Source of the DNA: Caldilineae bacterium | GTDB lineage: Bacteria; Chloroflexota; Anaerolineae; DTLA01 | Direction: 5' to 3' | NCBI GenBank assembly: GCA_037446815.1 | Contig: JBBIHX010000005.1 | Coordinates: 1-56,543, forward strand | Length of the DNA stretch: 56,543 nucleotides | In this document: piece after piece, positions 27,388 to 37,606 of the stretch | Numbering within the stretch: position 1 is the first letter of the stretch | Layout of the letters: each line of letters begins with the position of its first letter | Notes under the pieces: generated by a model | Told to the model about the DNA's origin: nothing | Seen by the model: the letters and a program-made list of their open reading frames with translations, nothing else | Database searches by the model: none | Program-made: the position numbers and the translations under genes

Positions 27388-28997
27388 TGCGCGGGATATT
27401 CGGGCGCGAGTGGGGAAAGGGTCGCTGGCACGATTGGGCGATTGTCCTCGCCGCGGTTGCGGCCGTGGCCCTGCGCTGGGTGCAAGGCCCCCAGGTCGTG
27501 GACGACGCCTTCATCACGTTCCGCTACGCCAGGAACCTGTCCGGGGGGCTGGGGTTTGTGTACAACGCGGGCGAGCGGGTGCTTGGAACAACGACACCCT
27601 TGTTCACCCTCCTGTTGGCCGCGTTGGCGAGCGCGCTTCCGGTATCCCATGCCCACCTCGCGCTGGCGATCAACGCCGTGAGCGACGGGCTGACGTGCGT
27701 CCTGTTGGCGGGGCTTGTGTGGCGACTGACCGGCAGCAAGCGGGGCGCGGTGCTGGGCGCCGCAGCGTTCGCCCTGTGTTCGCAGAGTGTCGCGGGCGCA
27801 ACGACCGGGATGGAGACATCGTTCTGCACGATGCTCCTGGTGGCGGCGTTCTATCTGTACGCGTCGGGGCGCTTTGTCCCGTCGGCCGCGGTCTTCGGCC
27901 TGGCCGTGCTCACGCGACCCGATGCCATCATCGCCGCGGGCCTGGCGTTCCTGGGCATCTTCGCCATCAGGCGCTGGGCGGCGTGGCGCGAGGCGGCCGT
28001 GTTCGCCGTCGTGGTGTTGTCCTGGGTTGCCTTTGCCACCGCGTACTTCGGCAGTCCGGTTCCCAACAGCCTGTGGGCCAAGGAGCAATCGTACCAGGCC
28101 ATGCCCGCGTTTGCGGCGCTCGTCAACTTCTGCTCGCGGTTCGGCAACCTGTTTGTGGATCAGATCGCGGGGCGTTTGGGGAACCTGCCGATTCTGCGCG
28201 CGCTCATCGCGTGGCCCGCCCGCAGCGTGCTCCTGTACGAGCACTACACGCCTTGGTTCCCGCTGCTGGCATTGGCGCAGGCGGTGGTCTGGGGAGCGGG
28301 GGCCTGGGTTACGGTGCGGAGGCGGGCCGCGGCGTGGCCCGTGTTCGCGTTCCCGCTGGCGTATGTCGCGGCGTACTCGGTGGCGAACCCGCTGATGTTT
28401 GAGTGGTACTTCGTGCCACCGGCGCCGTTCTACATCGCGGGCATTGTCGCGGGGCTGGTGGCGGCGGGGCGGTGGGTACAGGGCCGGCTCGGCTCGCCGC
28501 GCCTGGCCCAGGCGGGAGCGGTTGCGGCGCTCGGCGCGGTGATTCTGACGCAACTGCTGGGGTACAACCTGGTTCCGGATGCGGGGGGCTGGATGTCGCT
28601 GCGGCGGCCTGTGTGGCTGGAGCGCGAGAACCTGTACCGCGAGGCGGCTCTGATGCTGGATCCCGCCGTAACTCCCGCCACGGTCATCGCCGCGCCGGAG
28701 ATCGGGGCGCTCGGCTACTACTGCGACGCGACAATTCTGGACACCGTGGGGCTGGTCTCGCCGCAGGCCATCCCGTTCAATCCGGTGGATCCGTCACTGA
28801 CCGATAGCAATTACGCGGTGCCCGAACCGCTCATTTACGCTTTCATGCCCGACTATATCGTGGCACTGGAGATATTCGTCCGGCGCACGCTGCTTCCTTC
28901 GGAGAGGTTTCGTGGATTGTACACCCTGCTCACGCGCCTGGAAACCCAGGCGTGGGGCACGGATGGGCTGCTGGTGTTTCGGCGCGCCCTGCCGTAG
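27384..28997 (+). CDS. Membrane GT-C protein, AftB-like family
   Basis: VDDAFITFRYARNL..GLGFVYNAGERVLGTTTPL, GMET, LTRPD, YFGSPVPNS..AK, IGALGYY..LDTVGL. Confidence 0.78.
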   Translation: MMRGIFGREWGKGRWHDWAIVLAAVAAVALRWVQGPQVVDDAFITFRYARNLSGGLGFVYNAGERVLGTTTPLFTLLLAALASALPVSHAHLALAINAVSDGLTCVLLAGLVWRLTGSKRGAVLGAAAFALCSQSVAGATTGMETSFCTMLLVAAFYLYASGRFVPSAAVFGLAVLTRPDAIIAAGLAFLGIFAIRRWAAWREAAVFAVVVLSWVAFATAYFGSPVPNSLWAKEQSYQAMPAFAALVNFCSRFGNLFVDQIAGRLGNLPILRALIAWPARSVLLYEHYTPWFPLLALAQAVVWGAGAWVTVRRRAAAWPVFAFPLAYVAAYSVANPLMFEWYFVPPAPFYIAGIVAGLVAAGRWVQGRLGSPRLAQAGAVAALGAVILTQLLGYNLVPDAGGWMSLRRPVWLERENLYREAALMLDPAVTPATVIAAPEIGALGYYCDATILDTVGLVSPQAIPFNPVDPSLTDSNYAVPEPLIYAFMPDYIVALEIFVRRTLLPSERFRGLYTLLTRLETQAWGTDGLLVFRRALP

Positions 28998-29045
28998 GAA
29001 CGCGGAGTGGGCGCGCTGTCCAGGGATCGTTGAGGAGCAAGTCGC

Positions 29046-29732
29046 ATGGCCTTTGGGATACGCAAGCAGATACTGACCGCGCTGATGCACGGCTCGGCGC
29101 TGCCCGTCGTGGGGAGCCTTTGCCTGCGCCTGGCCTCGGCGTTGCGGGGGCCGTACAAGGATAAGAAGTACCTCGCCAACCTGACGCGCAACCCGTACAT
29201 CTCGCCGCGGGCGCAGATTTGGGCGAAGGACTTGGAGATCGGGCCGCAATGCTTCATTGACGACTACGTAACGATCTACGCCCATCCCGATGGGGGGCGC
29301 ATCGTGCTGGGCGAAGGCGTGCACCTGCACCGCGGCACCATCGTGGAAGCGGGCGCGGGCGGAAGCGTCATCATCGGCCCTCACACCCACATCCAGAGCA
29401 ACTGCAACCTCAAGGGGTTTCTGGCGAGCCTGCACATCGGGGCCAACGTGCAGATGGCGCCCGGGTGCGGCTTCAGCCCCTACGAGCACAAGTTTGACGA
29501 CACGTCGCGGCCAATTCGCGAGCAGGGTATCGTTACACGGGGCGACATCGTTGTAGAGGATGATGTCTGGCTAGGGCTGGGGGTGTACGTGCTGGACGGC
29601 GTCCGCATCGGCAAGGGTGCGGTCATCGGCGCGGGGTCGGTGGTAACGCGGGACATCCCGGCCTACGCCATCGCCGCCGGAGTCCCGGCCAAGGTCATCC
29701 GCTATCGGGGCCGCCGGGCAGTGGAGGTATGA
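29046..29732 (+). CDS. Hexapeptide-repeat (LbH) acyltransferase, sugar O/N-acetyltransferase-like
   Basis: [65 protein letters not shown]. Confidence 0.92.
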   Translation: MAFGIRKQILTALMHGSALPVVGSLCLRLASALRGPYKDKKYLANLTRNPYISPRAQIWAKDLEIGPQCFIDDYVTIYAHPDGGRIVLGEGVHLHRGTIVEAGAGGSVIIGPHTHIQSNCNLKGFLASLHIGANVQMAPGCGFSPYEHKFDDTSRPIREQGIVTRGDIVVEDDVWLGLGVYVLDGVRIGKGAVIGAGSVVTRDIPAYAIAAGVPAKVIRYRGRRAVEV

Positions 29733-32700
29733 TCACGGTCAACCTAGGGGTGAACATGAGCACACATGGCGAATCTGCATCGCGAAAAGGCAACGGAAAG
29801 GCGTGGGTATTGGCGCTTGTGGTGGGCACGGTGGCGCTGCTCGCTCTGATGTGGGGCGCGGCGCTGGATTCCTCGGACGCGGCGACGGGCGCGGGCATGC
29901 CCCAGCCCGTTGGGGTGCTGAACGGGGAGACGATTTACCACGTCCAACTGCGCCAGAATGTCAACGGGTATACGGGGGTGTCGGATACGTACATCAACGA
30001 GTACGCGCCCGACTCCAACTTCAACGACCCGAGCCATTGGGGCGACCTCCAGGTGCGCACAGGCAGCCCGGGAAAGCGCGCCCTGCTCCGCTTTGACCTG
30101 GCGGGGCAGATACCGGCCGAGGCGCAAATCCTGACCGCTACCCTGCATCTGTGGGCGACTTCGTACCGTTCCGCCGACAGGCCGATGGATTTGGAACTGT
30201 ACCGGCTGATTCCGGAGTGGGACGCGAACCAGGCCACGTGGAACAGTCGCCTCACCGGCGTTGGGTGGGACGCGAAGGGCGCCGATGGCGCCGGGGACCA
30301 CGAGGCCAGCCCCGTGGATACGATTACCCTGGATCGGGTGAGCGCCGAATATGTGCTGAACGTCAAGGATGCGATTACGGGGTGGCTTGCCGCGCCGGAC
30401 ACGAACAAGGGCTTTCTGCTCAAGCCGAAGGCCACGTCCATCATAGAGTACCGATTCTATGCATCGGATTGGCTCAATGACGCCCAGAAGCGCCCACTGC
30501 TGGACATCTACTACACCTTCGCGCCGGGCGTTACGCCGGAACCGACGGCCACCCACACGCCGACGCCCACGCCCACGCCGACGCCGATCCCCGGCACGGT
30601 CATCACGTCCACCATCGCCACCGATTGCGTGAAGGTGGGGTCCACATCCGGGACCCAAGCGAGCACCAACGTGCTGCTCGTGTACACGGGAAGCCTGACC
30701 CGCGCCAAACTGTACCTAGACCTGTCCAACAGCAAGGCGGGGCACAGCATCTACGTGAACGGCGTCAAGGTGGGGGAAACGTTTCCATCGGGTGGCGGCA
30801 CATGCGAGCCGGGGCGCACGTTTTCCTGGTCCTTCAACCCTGCCATCCTGCGCAGCGGCTTCAACGAGATCACCATCACCGCCGACGCCGACCCCGCGGA
30901 CCTTTGGGGCGCGGTGAATGCCAAGATTGAGGCCGAGGGCGATGTCATCCCTGCCACCATCCGAACCATTTCGTTCAAGGCCAGCAACGGCAGTTGGACC
31001 TACCGGGCCGTCATCATGACCCCTTCGGGCTATCGCGGCGATGTGCCGCTGCCGCTCCTGGTGAGCATCCACGGGTGGAGCGGCAAGGCGACGGACGCGC
31101 TGGGCATCCATGCCGACGCCGCGAACCGCAACGGGTGGCTGGTGGTTGCGCCCGATTTGGAGCAGAATCACACCCTTTCGCTGAGCGTGCAGGGCCAGTT
31201 GCTGGACACCATCAACTACATGAAGGCCAACTACCGCGTGGACGAGTCGCGGATTTACATAACGGGAGTGTCCATGGGGGGCATGATGGCCAGCGGGATG
31301 GCGGGGAAGTACCCGCACCTGTTCGCCGCCGCCGCCATAGAGCGCGGGCCCTCGGACCTGGATCAGTGGTACTGGGAGACGGAGGACTGGCGGCGTGGCT
31401 GGCTGGAGTACGAAATCGGCGCGTCGCCCCTGGGGAAGCCCTTTGAGTACGAGCGCCGCTCGCCTGTGGAGTACGGCTCCAACATGGCCCACATCCCCAT
31501 GCTCCTGACCCACGGGCTGCAGGATACCACCGTCTACGTTACGCACACCCTTCGGCTGTCCGACGCCGTCGCCTTGTACGCGGACATCCCGCCGCGGGTG
31601 GAGTTGTACGCCGGCGAGCACGACACGCCCTGGCCCGGCGGCAGCGACGGCGTTCTGAACTTCCTGAAGCCGTATCGCCGCGTGGAGGTCCCGCGGAACC
31701 TTACCATCCGCACCGACGGCCGCTGCGCGTTCACCGAGCGCGCGTGCACGTACTACTGGCTGACCATCACGCAGACGGACAGCGACCACTGGAGCCGTGT
31801 GGAGGCGGCGTTTGATGCTGATGGCGTCATCACGGTGAAGACCGAGGATCCGAAGCCGCCCACCACTGCGAATGTCCCATCCCTGACCTTCCGCCTGAAC
31901 CTGGAGCAGATGGGGCTGGCGGGGCTGTCGTCCACATGGGTTGTGCAGAACTTTGACGCCGCCACAGGGCGGTACACGCACACGAACGTCTCCTCGGTCG
32001 GCGGGTTCCTGTCGGTAACGCCGGGGTGGGGCACGCACGAGATACGGATTTCGCCGCCGTCCCTCGCCCCGCAAGTCCACGAGGTGGAATTGCGCGCCGT
32101 GGAGGATACATACATCGTGTACAACGACGCCACCCCCAAAGGCTCCGAAGGCCAACTCATCGTGCAGTCGGATGGCAATCAGCGCGCGCTGATTCGGTTT
32201 GACACGACGGCAATCCCGCAGGAAGCCATTGTCCTCGGGAGCGCGTTGCGCTTGGTTGCCACGTCCCAGCGCAATACGGAGACGCTGACCGTATCGGCCT
32301 ATCAGATGCGCCGCGCGTGGAATGCCGCCGAAGCGACATGGTTCAAGGCTACCGCCGCAGACCCGTGGGGCGTCAACGGCGCGGAGAGCACGGCGTCGGA
32401 TCGGTACGCGGATGCCGACAGCGCGGTGGATGTCAACAAGTTGCTCGCCTACGAGATGAACGTGCGGCCCATGACTCGGCAGTGGGTGGCGACTCCGGAG
32501 GCGAATCACGGGCTGCTCCTGAAGGGGCAGAGCAATCGGTACACCTGGTACAAGTTCGCCTCGGCGGACGGCGGCAACCCCAACGGCCCACGGCTTTGGG
32601 TCGCCTACGCGCTGCCCACGCCCACGCCGACGCCGTCGCCCACGCCTACACCGACCAACACGCCGACCAACACGCCGACCGCCACGGCCACGGCCACGCC

Positions 32701-32869
32701 GACGCCGACACGCACGTCTGGGCCAACCGCAACGCCCACACCGACGCCAACGGGCACGCCCACGCCCACGCTGACCCCGTCGGTTACGCCCACGCCGACG
32801 GCGACCCGTCCGGCGCGGCCACAGGTGTTCTTGCCTTTCATCTCCGTTCCGCCGTATTTCTGGCACTAG
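29729..32869 (+). CDS. Secreted multidomain protein: DNRLRE - PT linker - beta domain - alpha/beta-hydrolase (esterase/peptidase) - DNRLRE - PT tail - VFLPFI motif
   Basis: N-terminal TM/signal; DTYI..RALLRFD..ATW..NKGFLLK and DTYI..RALIRFD..ATW..NHGLLLK; hydrolase SIHGW, GVSMG (31265-31279), HGLQD, GEHD. Confidence 0.85.
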   Translation: MITVNLGVNMSTHGESASRKGNGKAWVLALVVGTVALLALMWGAALDSSDAATGAGMPQPVGVLNGETIYHVQLRQNVNGYTGVSDTYINEYAPDSNFNDPSHWGDLQVRTGSPGKRALLRFDLAGQIPAEAQILTATLHLWATSYRSADRPMDLELYRLIPEWDANQATWNSRLTGVGWDAKGADGAGDHEASPVDTITLDRVSAEYVLNVKDAITGWLAAPDTNKGFLLKPKATSIIEYRFYASDWLNDAQKRPLLDIYYTFAPGVTPEPTATHTPTPTPTPTPIPGTVITSTIATDCVKVGSTSGTQASTNVLLVYTGSLTRAKLYLDLSNSKAGHSIYVNGVKVGETFPSGGGTCEPGRTFSWSFNPAILRSGFNEITITADADPADLWGAVNAKIEAEGDVIPATIRTISFKASNGSWTYRAVIMTPSGYRGDVPLPLLVSIHGWSGKATDALGIHADAANRNGWLVVAPDLEQNHTLSLSVQGQLLDTINYMKANYRVDESRIYITGVSMGGMMASGMAGKYPHLFAAAAIERGPSDLDQWYWETEDWRRGWLEYEIGASPLGKPFEYERRSPVEYGSNMAHIPMLLTHGLQDTTVYVTHTLRLSDAVALYADIPPRVELYAGEHDTPWPGGSDGVLNFLKPYRRVEVPRNLTIRTDGRCAFTERACTYYWLTITQTDSDHWSRVEAAFDADGVITVKTEDPKPPTTANVPSLTFRLNLEQMGLAGLSSTWVVQNFDAATGRYTHTNVSSVGGFLSVTPGWGTHEIRISPPSLAPQVHEVELRAVEDTYIVYNDATPKGSEGQLIVQSDGNQRALIRFDTTAIPQEAIVLGSALRLVATSQRNTETLTVSAYQMRRAWNAAEATWFKATAADPWGVNGAESTASDRYADADSAVDVNKLLAYEMNVRPMTRQWVATPEANHGLLLKGQSNRYTWYKFASADGGNPNGPRLWVAYALPTPTPTPSPTPTPTNTPTNTPTATATATPTPTRTSGPTATPTPTPTGTPTPTLTPSVTPTPTATRPARPQVFLPFISVPPYFWH

Positions 32870-32882
32870 AAGCGAGGAGCGC

Positions 32883-34310
32883 ATGAAGATTCTGTTTGTG
32901 TACCCGGATATTGAGGGAGTGGAGCATTACGGCGCGCGCAAGTTCTACCACGGCCTTGCGTACCTGTCGGCGATGGTCAAACAGGATGGGCACGAGACGG
33001 AACTGTACTACGCCGACCGCGAGCCGACCCGCGAGGAGTTCCTGGCCCGCGTCGCCCGCGCAAATCCCGCCATCGTCGCCTTTTCGTCCACCACCCACCA
33101 GCATCCCTTCGTGGAGAAGTGGGCGGGGTGGCTGAAGGAGGCGATGCCCGACCGCATCCTGGTGTCGGGCGGGACGCATCCCACCCTCGCGCCCGAAGAG
33201 GTGGTGAGCGATCCCAACTGGGACGCCGTGTGCGTGGGCGAGGGCGAGTACGCCTTCCGCGAACTGGTGCAGCGCGTGGCCGAAGGGCAGCCGTTTCACG
33301 ATGTCCGCAACCTGTGGGTGCGGCGCGGGGATGACATCGTGCGTAACCCGCTCCGCCCGCTTATCGCCAACCTGGACGAACTGCCCTTCGCCGACCGCGA
33401 CCTGTTTGATTTTGAGGGCATTCTGGCGGCCAACGACGGCTGGGTGGACATGATGAGTGGGCGCGGCTGCCCGTATCACTGCTCGTACTGCTGCAACCCG
33501 GGCTTGCAGAGTCGCTACAAGGGTCTGGGCAAGTACGTGCGCTTCCGCAGCGTGCCCCACGTGCTGGCGGAAATCCGCTACCTGCAATCGCGCTACAACG
33601 TGAAGACCATCAACTTCCAGGACGATACCTTCACCCTGGACGAGAAGTGGACGCTGGAGTTCTGCGACGCCTATCGGCGCGAGTTTTCGTTCCCGTTTTG
33701 GATCAACACGCGGGTGGAGCGGCTGTCGGAGGAAGTCGTGGCGGCGCTGGCCCGCGCGGGCTGCCGGGGCGTGCGCATCGGCATTGAGTCGGGCAACGAA
33801 CTGCTGCGCCGCGACATCCTGAAGCGCCGTATGAGCAACGAGGACATCATCGCCGCCTTCCGCCGCCTGCGCAAGCACGGCCTGAAGGCGTACACGTGCA
33901 ACATGCTGGGCGTGCCGGGCGAGACCAAGGAGATGATAGAGGAGACGATTGAACTCAACCGCCGCCTGGAGCCGGACGACCTCCAGTTCTCCGTCTTCTA
34001 CCCGTACCCGATGACCGAACTGCACGACATCGCCGTGGAGAAGGGGTACTACGTGCCGCAGGCGGGGGCGCTGTCCACGTACTACGCCCGCACCAGCGTG
34101 CTCAACCTGCCCACGCTGACGCCGGAGGAACTGGCCTACGAGTACGACCGATTCATGGCCCTCAAGAGCGAGTTGAGTTTGCGACGCACCCATCCCTGGA
34201 AGTACCGCGCCAAGAAGGCCCTGCGCGCGATGCTGCGCGGCGACGAGGCGAAGATGGCGCGCGTGCTGAATGTCTGGCGCGGGGTCAAGCGCGCCCTGCG
34301 CCGAGCGTGA
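32883..34310 (+). CDS. Cobalamin-binding-domain radical SAM protein
   Basis: MKILFVYP, GLAYLSA, GGTHPT, GEGE, GRGCPYHCSYC, FQDDTFT, GIESG. Confidence 0.92.
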   Translation: MKILFVYPDIEGVEHYGARKFYHGLAYLSAMVKQDGHETELYYADREPTREEFLARVARANPAIVAFSSTTHQHPFVEKWAGWLKEAMPDRILVSGGTHPTLAPEEVVSDPNWDAVCVGEGEYAFRELVQRVAEGQPFHDVRNLWVRRGDDIVRNPLRPLIANLDELPFADRDLFDFEGILAANDGWVDMMSGRGCPYHCSYCCNPGLQSRYKGLGKYVRFRSVPHVLAEIRYLQSRYNVKTINFQDDTFTLDEKWTLEFCDAYRREFSFPFWINTRVERLSEEVVAALARAGCRGVRIGIESGNELLRRDILKRRMSNEDIIAAFRRLRKHGLKAYTCNMLGVPGETKEMIEETIELNRRLEPDDLQFSVFYPYPMTELHDIAVEKGYYVPQAGALSTYYARTSVLNLPTLTPEELAYEYDRFMALKSELSLRRTHPWKYRAKKALRAMLRGDEAKMARVLNVWRGVKRALRRA

Positions 34311-34336
34311 GGCCACCGCATCACAGAGGAGCGAGC

Positions 34337-35035
34337 ATGGATTTAGTCGCCTACTACGACGCCTATTGGACGCAAGCCGACGACACCTTTGACCACGAGC
34401 GGCTGGAATTGCTGGCGAGCCGCGTGAGGCCCGGCGAGAAGGTGCTGGAGGTGGATTGCGGGCCGGGCGTTCTGGCCAAGAAGATGCAGGAGCGGGGCGC
34501 GGATGTAACGGCCACGGACTTGTCGGCGGTGGCCGTCGGGCGCGCCCGCGAAAAGGGCATTCCCGCCCAGCAGGTGGACATAGACACGCAGGATTTGCCC
34601 TTTGCCGACGGCACGTTTGATGTCGTCGTGTCCAACTCGGCCATAGAGCACCGCTTCTTCCACGAGCGGTCGTTTGACGAGTGCGCGCGGGTGCTGAAGC
34701 CGGGCGGGCGGTTCATCGTCTGCCTGCCCAACATCGCCCACTGGAAGTGCCGCCTGTGGGTGCTGTTCGGCCGATTCCCCTACGTGCAGCATTCACCCAC
34801 CGACGCCATGCACCTGCGCTTTTTCACGGTGCGTGAGGCGAAGAAACTCTGCCGCGCGCGGGGGCTGGAGCCGATGGAGGTGGACGGCAGCGCGTCGTTG
34901 TGGGCGCGGGACTTCTACCCGGCGTTCTTCCGCAAGCGCGGCGTGCGCGATGTGTACAAGTACCTGGCCCATGTCTGGCCCTCCATGTTCGCGCGGGACT
35001 TCGTGCTGGTCTGCCGGAAGAAGGAGGCGCGATGA
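34337..35035 (+). CDS. Class I SAM-dependent methyltransferase (MetW-like C-terminal half)
   Basis: VLEVDCGPG, LPFADGTFDVV, IEH, RVLKPGG, LPNIAHW..R..LFGRFP, HLRFFT; ATG 34337 after GAGGAG. Confidence 0.87.
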   Translation: MDLVAYYDAYWTQADDTFDHERLELLASRVRPGEKVLEVDCGPGVLAKKMQERGADVTATDLSAVAVGRAREKGIPAQQVDIDTQDLPFADGTFDVVVSNSAIEHRFFHERSFDECARVLKPGGRFIVCLPNIAHWKCRLWVLFGRFPYVQHSPTDAMHLRFFTVREAKKLCRARGLEPMEVDGSASLWARDFYPAFFRKRGVRDVYKYLAHVWPSMFARDFVLVCRKKEAR

Positions 35036-36507
35036 GCCTGAAGCGGCAGGTGGGTTCGGCCATCGTCTGGGTGGCGCTGTCCGTCCTATTCACGCGCTTT
35101 CTGTCGTTCATCGCCAAACTGGTGCTGGCGCGGTTTCTGGTGCCGGGCGATTTCGGCCTGCGGGCGCTGGCCAACCCCGCCATCAACCTACTGATGATGT
35201 TCCAGGAGTTGGGGTTTACGTCCGCACTCATCTACCGGCAGACAGACGTGGAGGAGGCGGCCGATACGGCGTTCTGGACGGTGCTGGGCAGTAGCCTCAT
35301 CCTGTACATCATCGGATTCCTGTCGGCTCCGTGGGTGGCCGACTTCTTCCACGAGCCGCAGTTGGTCTCCGTGATGCGGGTGCTGGCGTTGACCATGCTC
35401 CTGTCGTCGTTCGCCCAGGTGCCGGTGGCGCTCCTCGTCAAGGAGTTGTCGTTCAAGCGCAAAGTGCTCCCCGACCTTGCGGCCGGGGTGTTGGGCAATG
35501 GGCTGTCCATCGTCCTGGCGATGTTGGGCTTTGGCGTGTGGAGCCTGGTGTACGGGCAGGTGGCGGTATCGCTCATCGCGGCGGGCCTCATCTGGTTCGT
35601 TACCCCGTGGCGGCCTCGGCTGCGTTTCAGCAAGGCGCGGGCCAAGGAACTCATTGACTACGGCAAGCACATCGTCGGGAGCCAGGCGCTGGTGTTCGCC
35701 ATCACCAACGTGGACAACGTCTTCGTCGGCAAGTTCCTGACGACGGCGACGCTGGGGTTCTACGACCTGGCCTATACGATCGCCAACCTGCCGGCGACGC
35801 AGATTACCCGCCTGGTAAACCAGGTCATGTTCCCCACGTTCTCCAAAGTCCAGAGCGACTTGCGGATGTTCCGCGAGGTGTACTTCCGGGCGCTGAAGTA
35901 CGTGTCGCTCCTGTCGGTGCCCATCGCCGTGGCGACCATCGGGTTTGCGGACAACTTCGTAACCCAGGCGTATGGGAGCGAGTGGCGTCCGGCCATCCTG
36001 CCGATGCAGTTGCTCGGCATCTACGGCCTAGTGCGGTCGGTGGCGGCCAACATGGGCAACGTGTTCAAGGCGGGGGGGCAACCGCGCTGGCTCACGTACA
36101 TCGCCCTGTGGCGGCTGACCATGATGCTCATCTTCCTGTACCCGTCCATCAAGTGGGGCGGGATTGTCGGCGTGAGCCTGTTCTCGGCCATCATTTCGGT
36201 GATTGATTTCGGCATCTCGGTTTACCTGGCCAACAAGATTATCGGGGCTTCGTGGGGCAAGTACGTGCAAATCCTGTTGCCCCAGGGGTTGGCGTCGGTC
36301 GTGGCCGTGCTGGCGGGCAAGTTGGTGTACTGGAACACGTGGGGGCTGGCCCGCGCCATTGTGCGGCTGGGCGCTGCGGGCGCGGCCGTTGTCATCGTGT
36401 ACACCGCCATCATGCTGGCCATTGACCCCGAAGTGCGGCAGTTGGCGCAGGCCATCTGGGAGTTCGTGCGGCCGGGCCGACGTGGCGCGGTGGCGAAGGA
36501 GGCATGA
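35032..36507 (+). CDS. wzx: Wzx/PST-family polysaccharide flippase (WzxC/TuaB-like)
   Basis: VLARFLVPGDFG, LGFTSALI, GFGVWSLVYGQ, NVDNVFVGK..LGFYDLAY, VMFPTFS; 12+ TM segments. Confidence 0.9.
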   Translation: MSLKRQVGSAIVWVALSVLFTRFLSFIAKLVLARFLVPGDFGLRALANPAINLLMMFQELGFTSALIYRQTDVEEAADTAFWTVLGSSLILYIIGFLSAPWVADFFHEPQLVSVMRVLALTMLLSSFAQVPVALLVKELSFKRKVLPDLAAGVLGNGLSIVLAMLGFGVWSLVYGQVAVSLIAAGLIWFVTPWRPRLRFSKARAKELIDYGKHIVGSQALVFAITNVDNVFVGKFLTTATLGFYDLAYTIANLPATQITRLVNQVMFPTFSKVQSDLRMFREVYFRALKYVSLLSVPIAVATIGFADNFVTQAYGSEWRPAILPMQLLGIYGLVRSVAANMGNVFKAGGQPRWLTYIALWRLTMMLIFLYPSIKWGGIVGVSLFSAIISVIDFGISVYLANKIIGASWGKYVQILLPQGLASVVAVLAGKLVYWNTWGLARAIVRLGAAGAAVVIVYTAIMLAIDPEVRQLAQAIWEFVRPGRRGAVAKEA

Positions 36508-36508
36508 C

Positions 36509-37606
36509 ATGACCGGATGGGGGGCCGCCCCGCCGCCCGCTGTGGCGAGCACCCTGCGCGTCGCCCTGGTCTCCACGGTGGCGATGAACCCGTATGTGGA
36601 GTTGCTGCGTCGCGCCCTGGACGCGATGCCGGGCGTGCGGGCGGTGTCCCAGCGCGATCTCACGCCCGCCTGGGTCTGGCGTAATCGGCGCGGCGTGGAC
36701 GTGATTCACCTGCACTGGTTGGAACTCCAGATTGCCTCGCCCTCGCGGTGGCGGGCGTTCAAGAAGTTCACGCGGTTGGTAGGGGCCGTCCTGCTGGCGC
36801 GGCTTCTGGGCATCACGTTCGTGTACACCGTGCACAACCTGGAGCACCACGAGGGGCGGAACGCGCTCCTGAACCGCTGGGCCAATCGGTGCGTGTTCGC
36901 CCTGGCCGACGCGGTGCATGTGCACGATGAGGGCGTGGCGGGGCAGTTGGCCGCGCGCTACGGGCGCAGGCGCGGCGTGTACGTCGTCCCGCACGGGAAC
37001 TACATCGGCGCATATCCGGTGGCCGATTCGCGCGAGGGTGCCCGCGCTCGCCTGGGCCTGTCGCCGCAACAGATGGTGTTCCTGTTCCTGGGCCAGGTGC
37101 GGCCCTACAAGGGCGTGGAGGAACTCATCGCGGCGTTTCGCCAGTTGGAAGGCGAGGAGTACGTCCTGCTCATCGCGGGCAATCCGCAAGACGCCGACTA
37201 CGCGGCCCGCATTGCGGCGGCGGCGCAGGACGATTCGCGCATCCGATTGCGGCTGGGCTACGTGCCCGACGAGGAACTGCACCGCTATCTGCTGGCCGCC
37301 GACGTGGACGTTCTGCCGTATCGGGAGGTAACGACCTCGGGGGCGGCGCTGCTGGCCTTCTCGTTCGGCTTGCCCATCGTCGCGCCGAACATCGGGTGCT
37401 TCGCCGGGTTGGTGGCGGGCAACCGCGGCATCCTGTACGACCCGGGCGACCCGCGCGGCCTGGTGGATGCGCTGGCGCGGGCGGCGGCGCTGGACAGGGA
37501 TGCGGCGCGGCGCGAGGCGCTGGCCTACGCGGAGTCGCTGAACTGGGATCGGCTGGCGTCTCTCCATCTGGCTGCTTATCGCGGGGTGCGGAGGGCGCGG
37601 GGATGA
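36509..37606 (+). CDS. GT-B glycosyltransferase (GT4/GumI-like)
   Basis: NPYVELL, HLHW, TVHNL, VPHGNY, LGQVRPYKG, LPY..TSGAALLAFSFG. Confidence 0.87.
   Translation: MTGWGAAPPPAVASTLRVALVSTVAMNPYVELLRRALDAMPGVRAVSQRDLTPAWVWRNRRGVDVIHLHWLELQIASPSRWRAFKKFTRLVGAVLLARLLGITFVYTVHNLEHHEGRNALLNRWANRCVFALADAVHVHDEGVAGQLAARYGRRRGVYVVPHGNYIGAYPVADSREGARARLGLSPQQMVFLFLGQVRPYKGVEELIAAFRQLEGEEYVLLIAGNPQDADYAARIAAAAQDDSRIRLRLGYVPDEELHRYLLAADVDVLPYREVTTSGAALLAFSFGLPIVAPNIGCFAGLVAGNRGILYDPGDPRGLVDALARAAALDRDAARREALAYAESLNWDRLASLHLAAYRGVRRARG

Noticed and set aside
32614..32810. (CCCACG/CCGACG)n-like DNA repeats here and at ~1180-1490, ~54990-55165, ~56425-56460
   Set aside because: Explained by Pro-Thr codons in protein linkers; not independent DNA elements.
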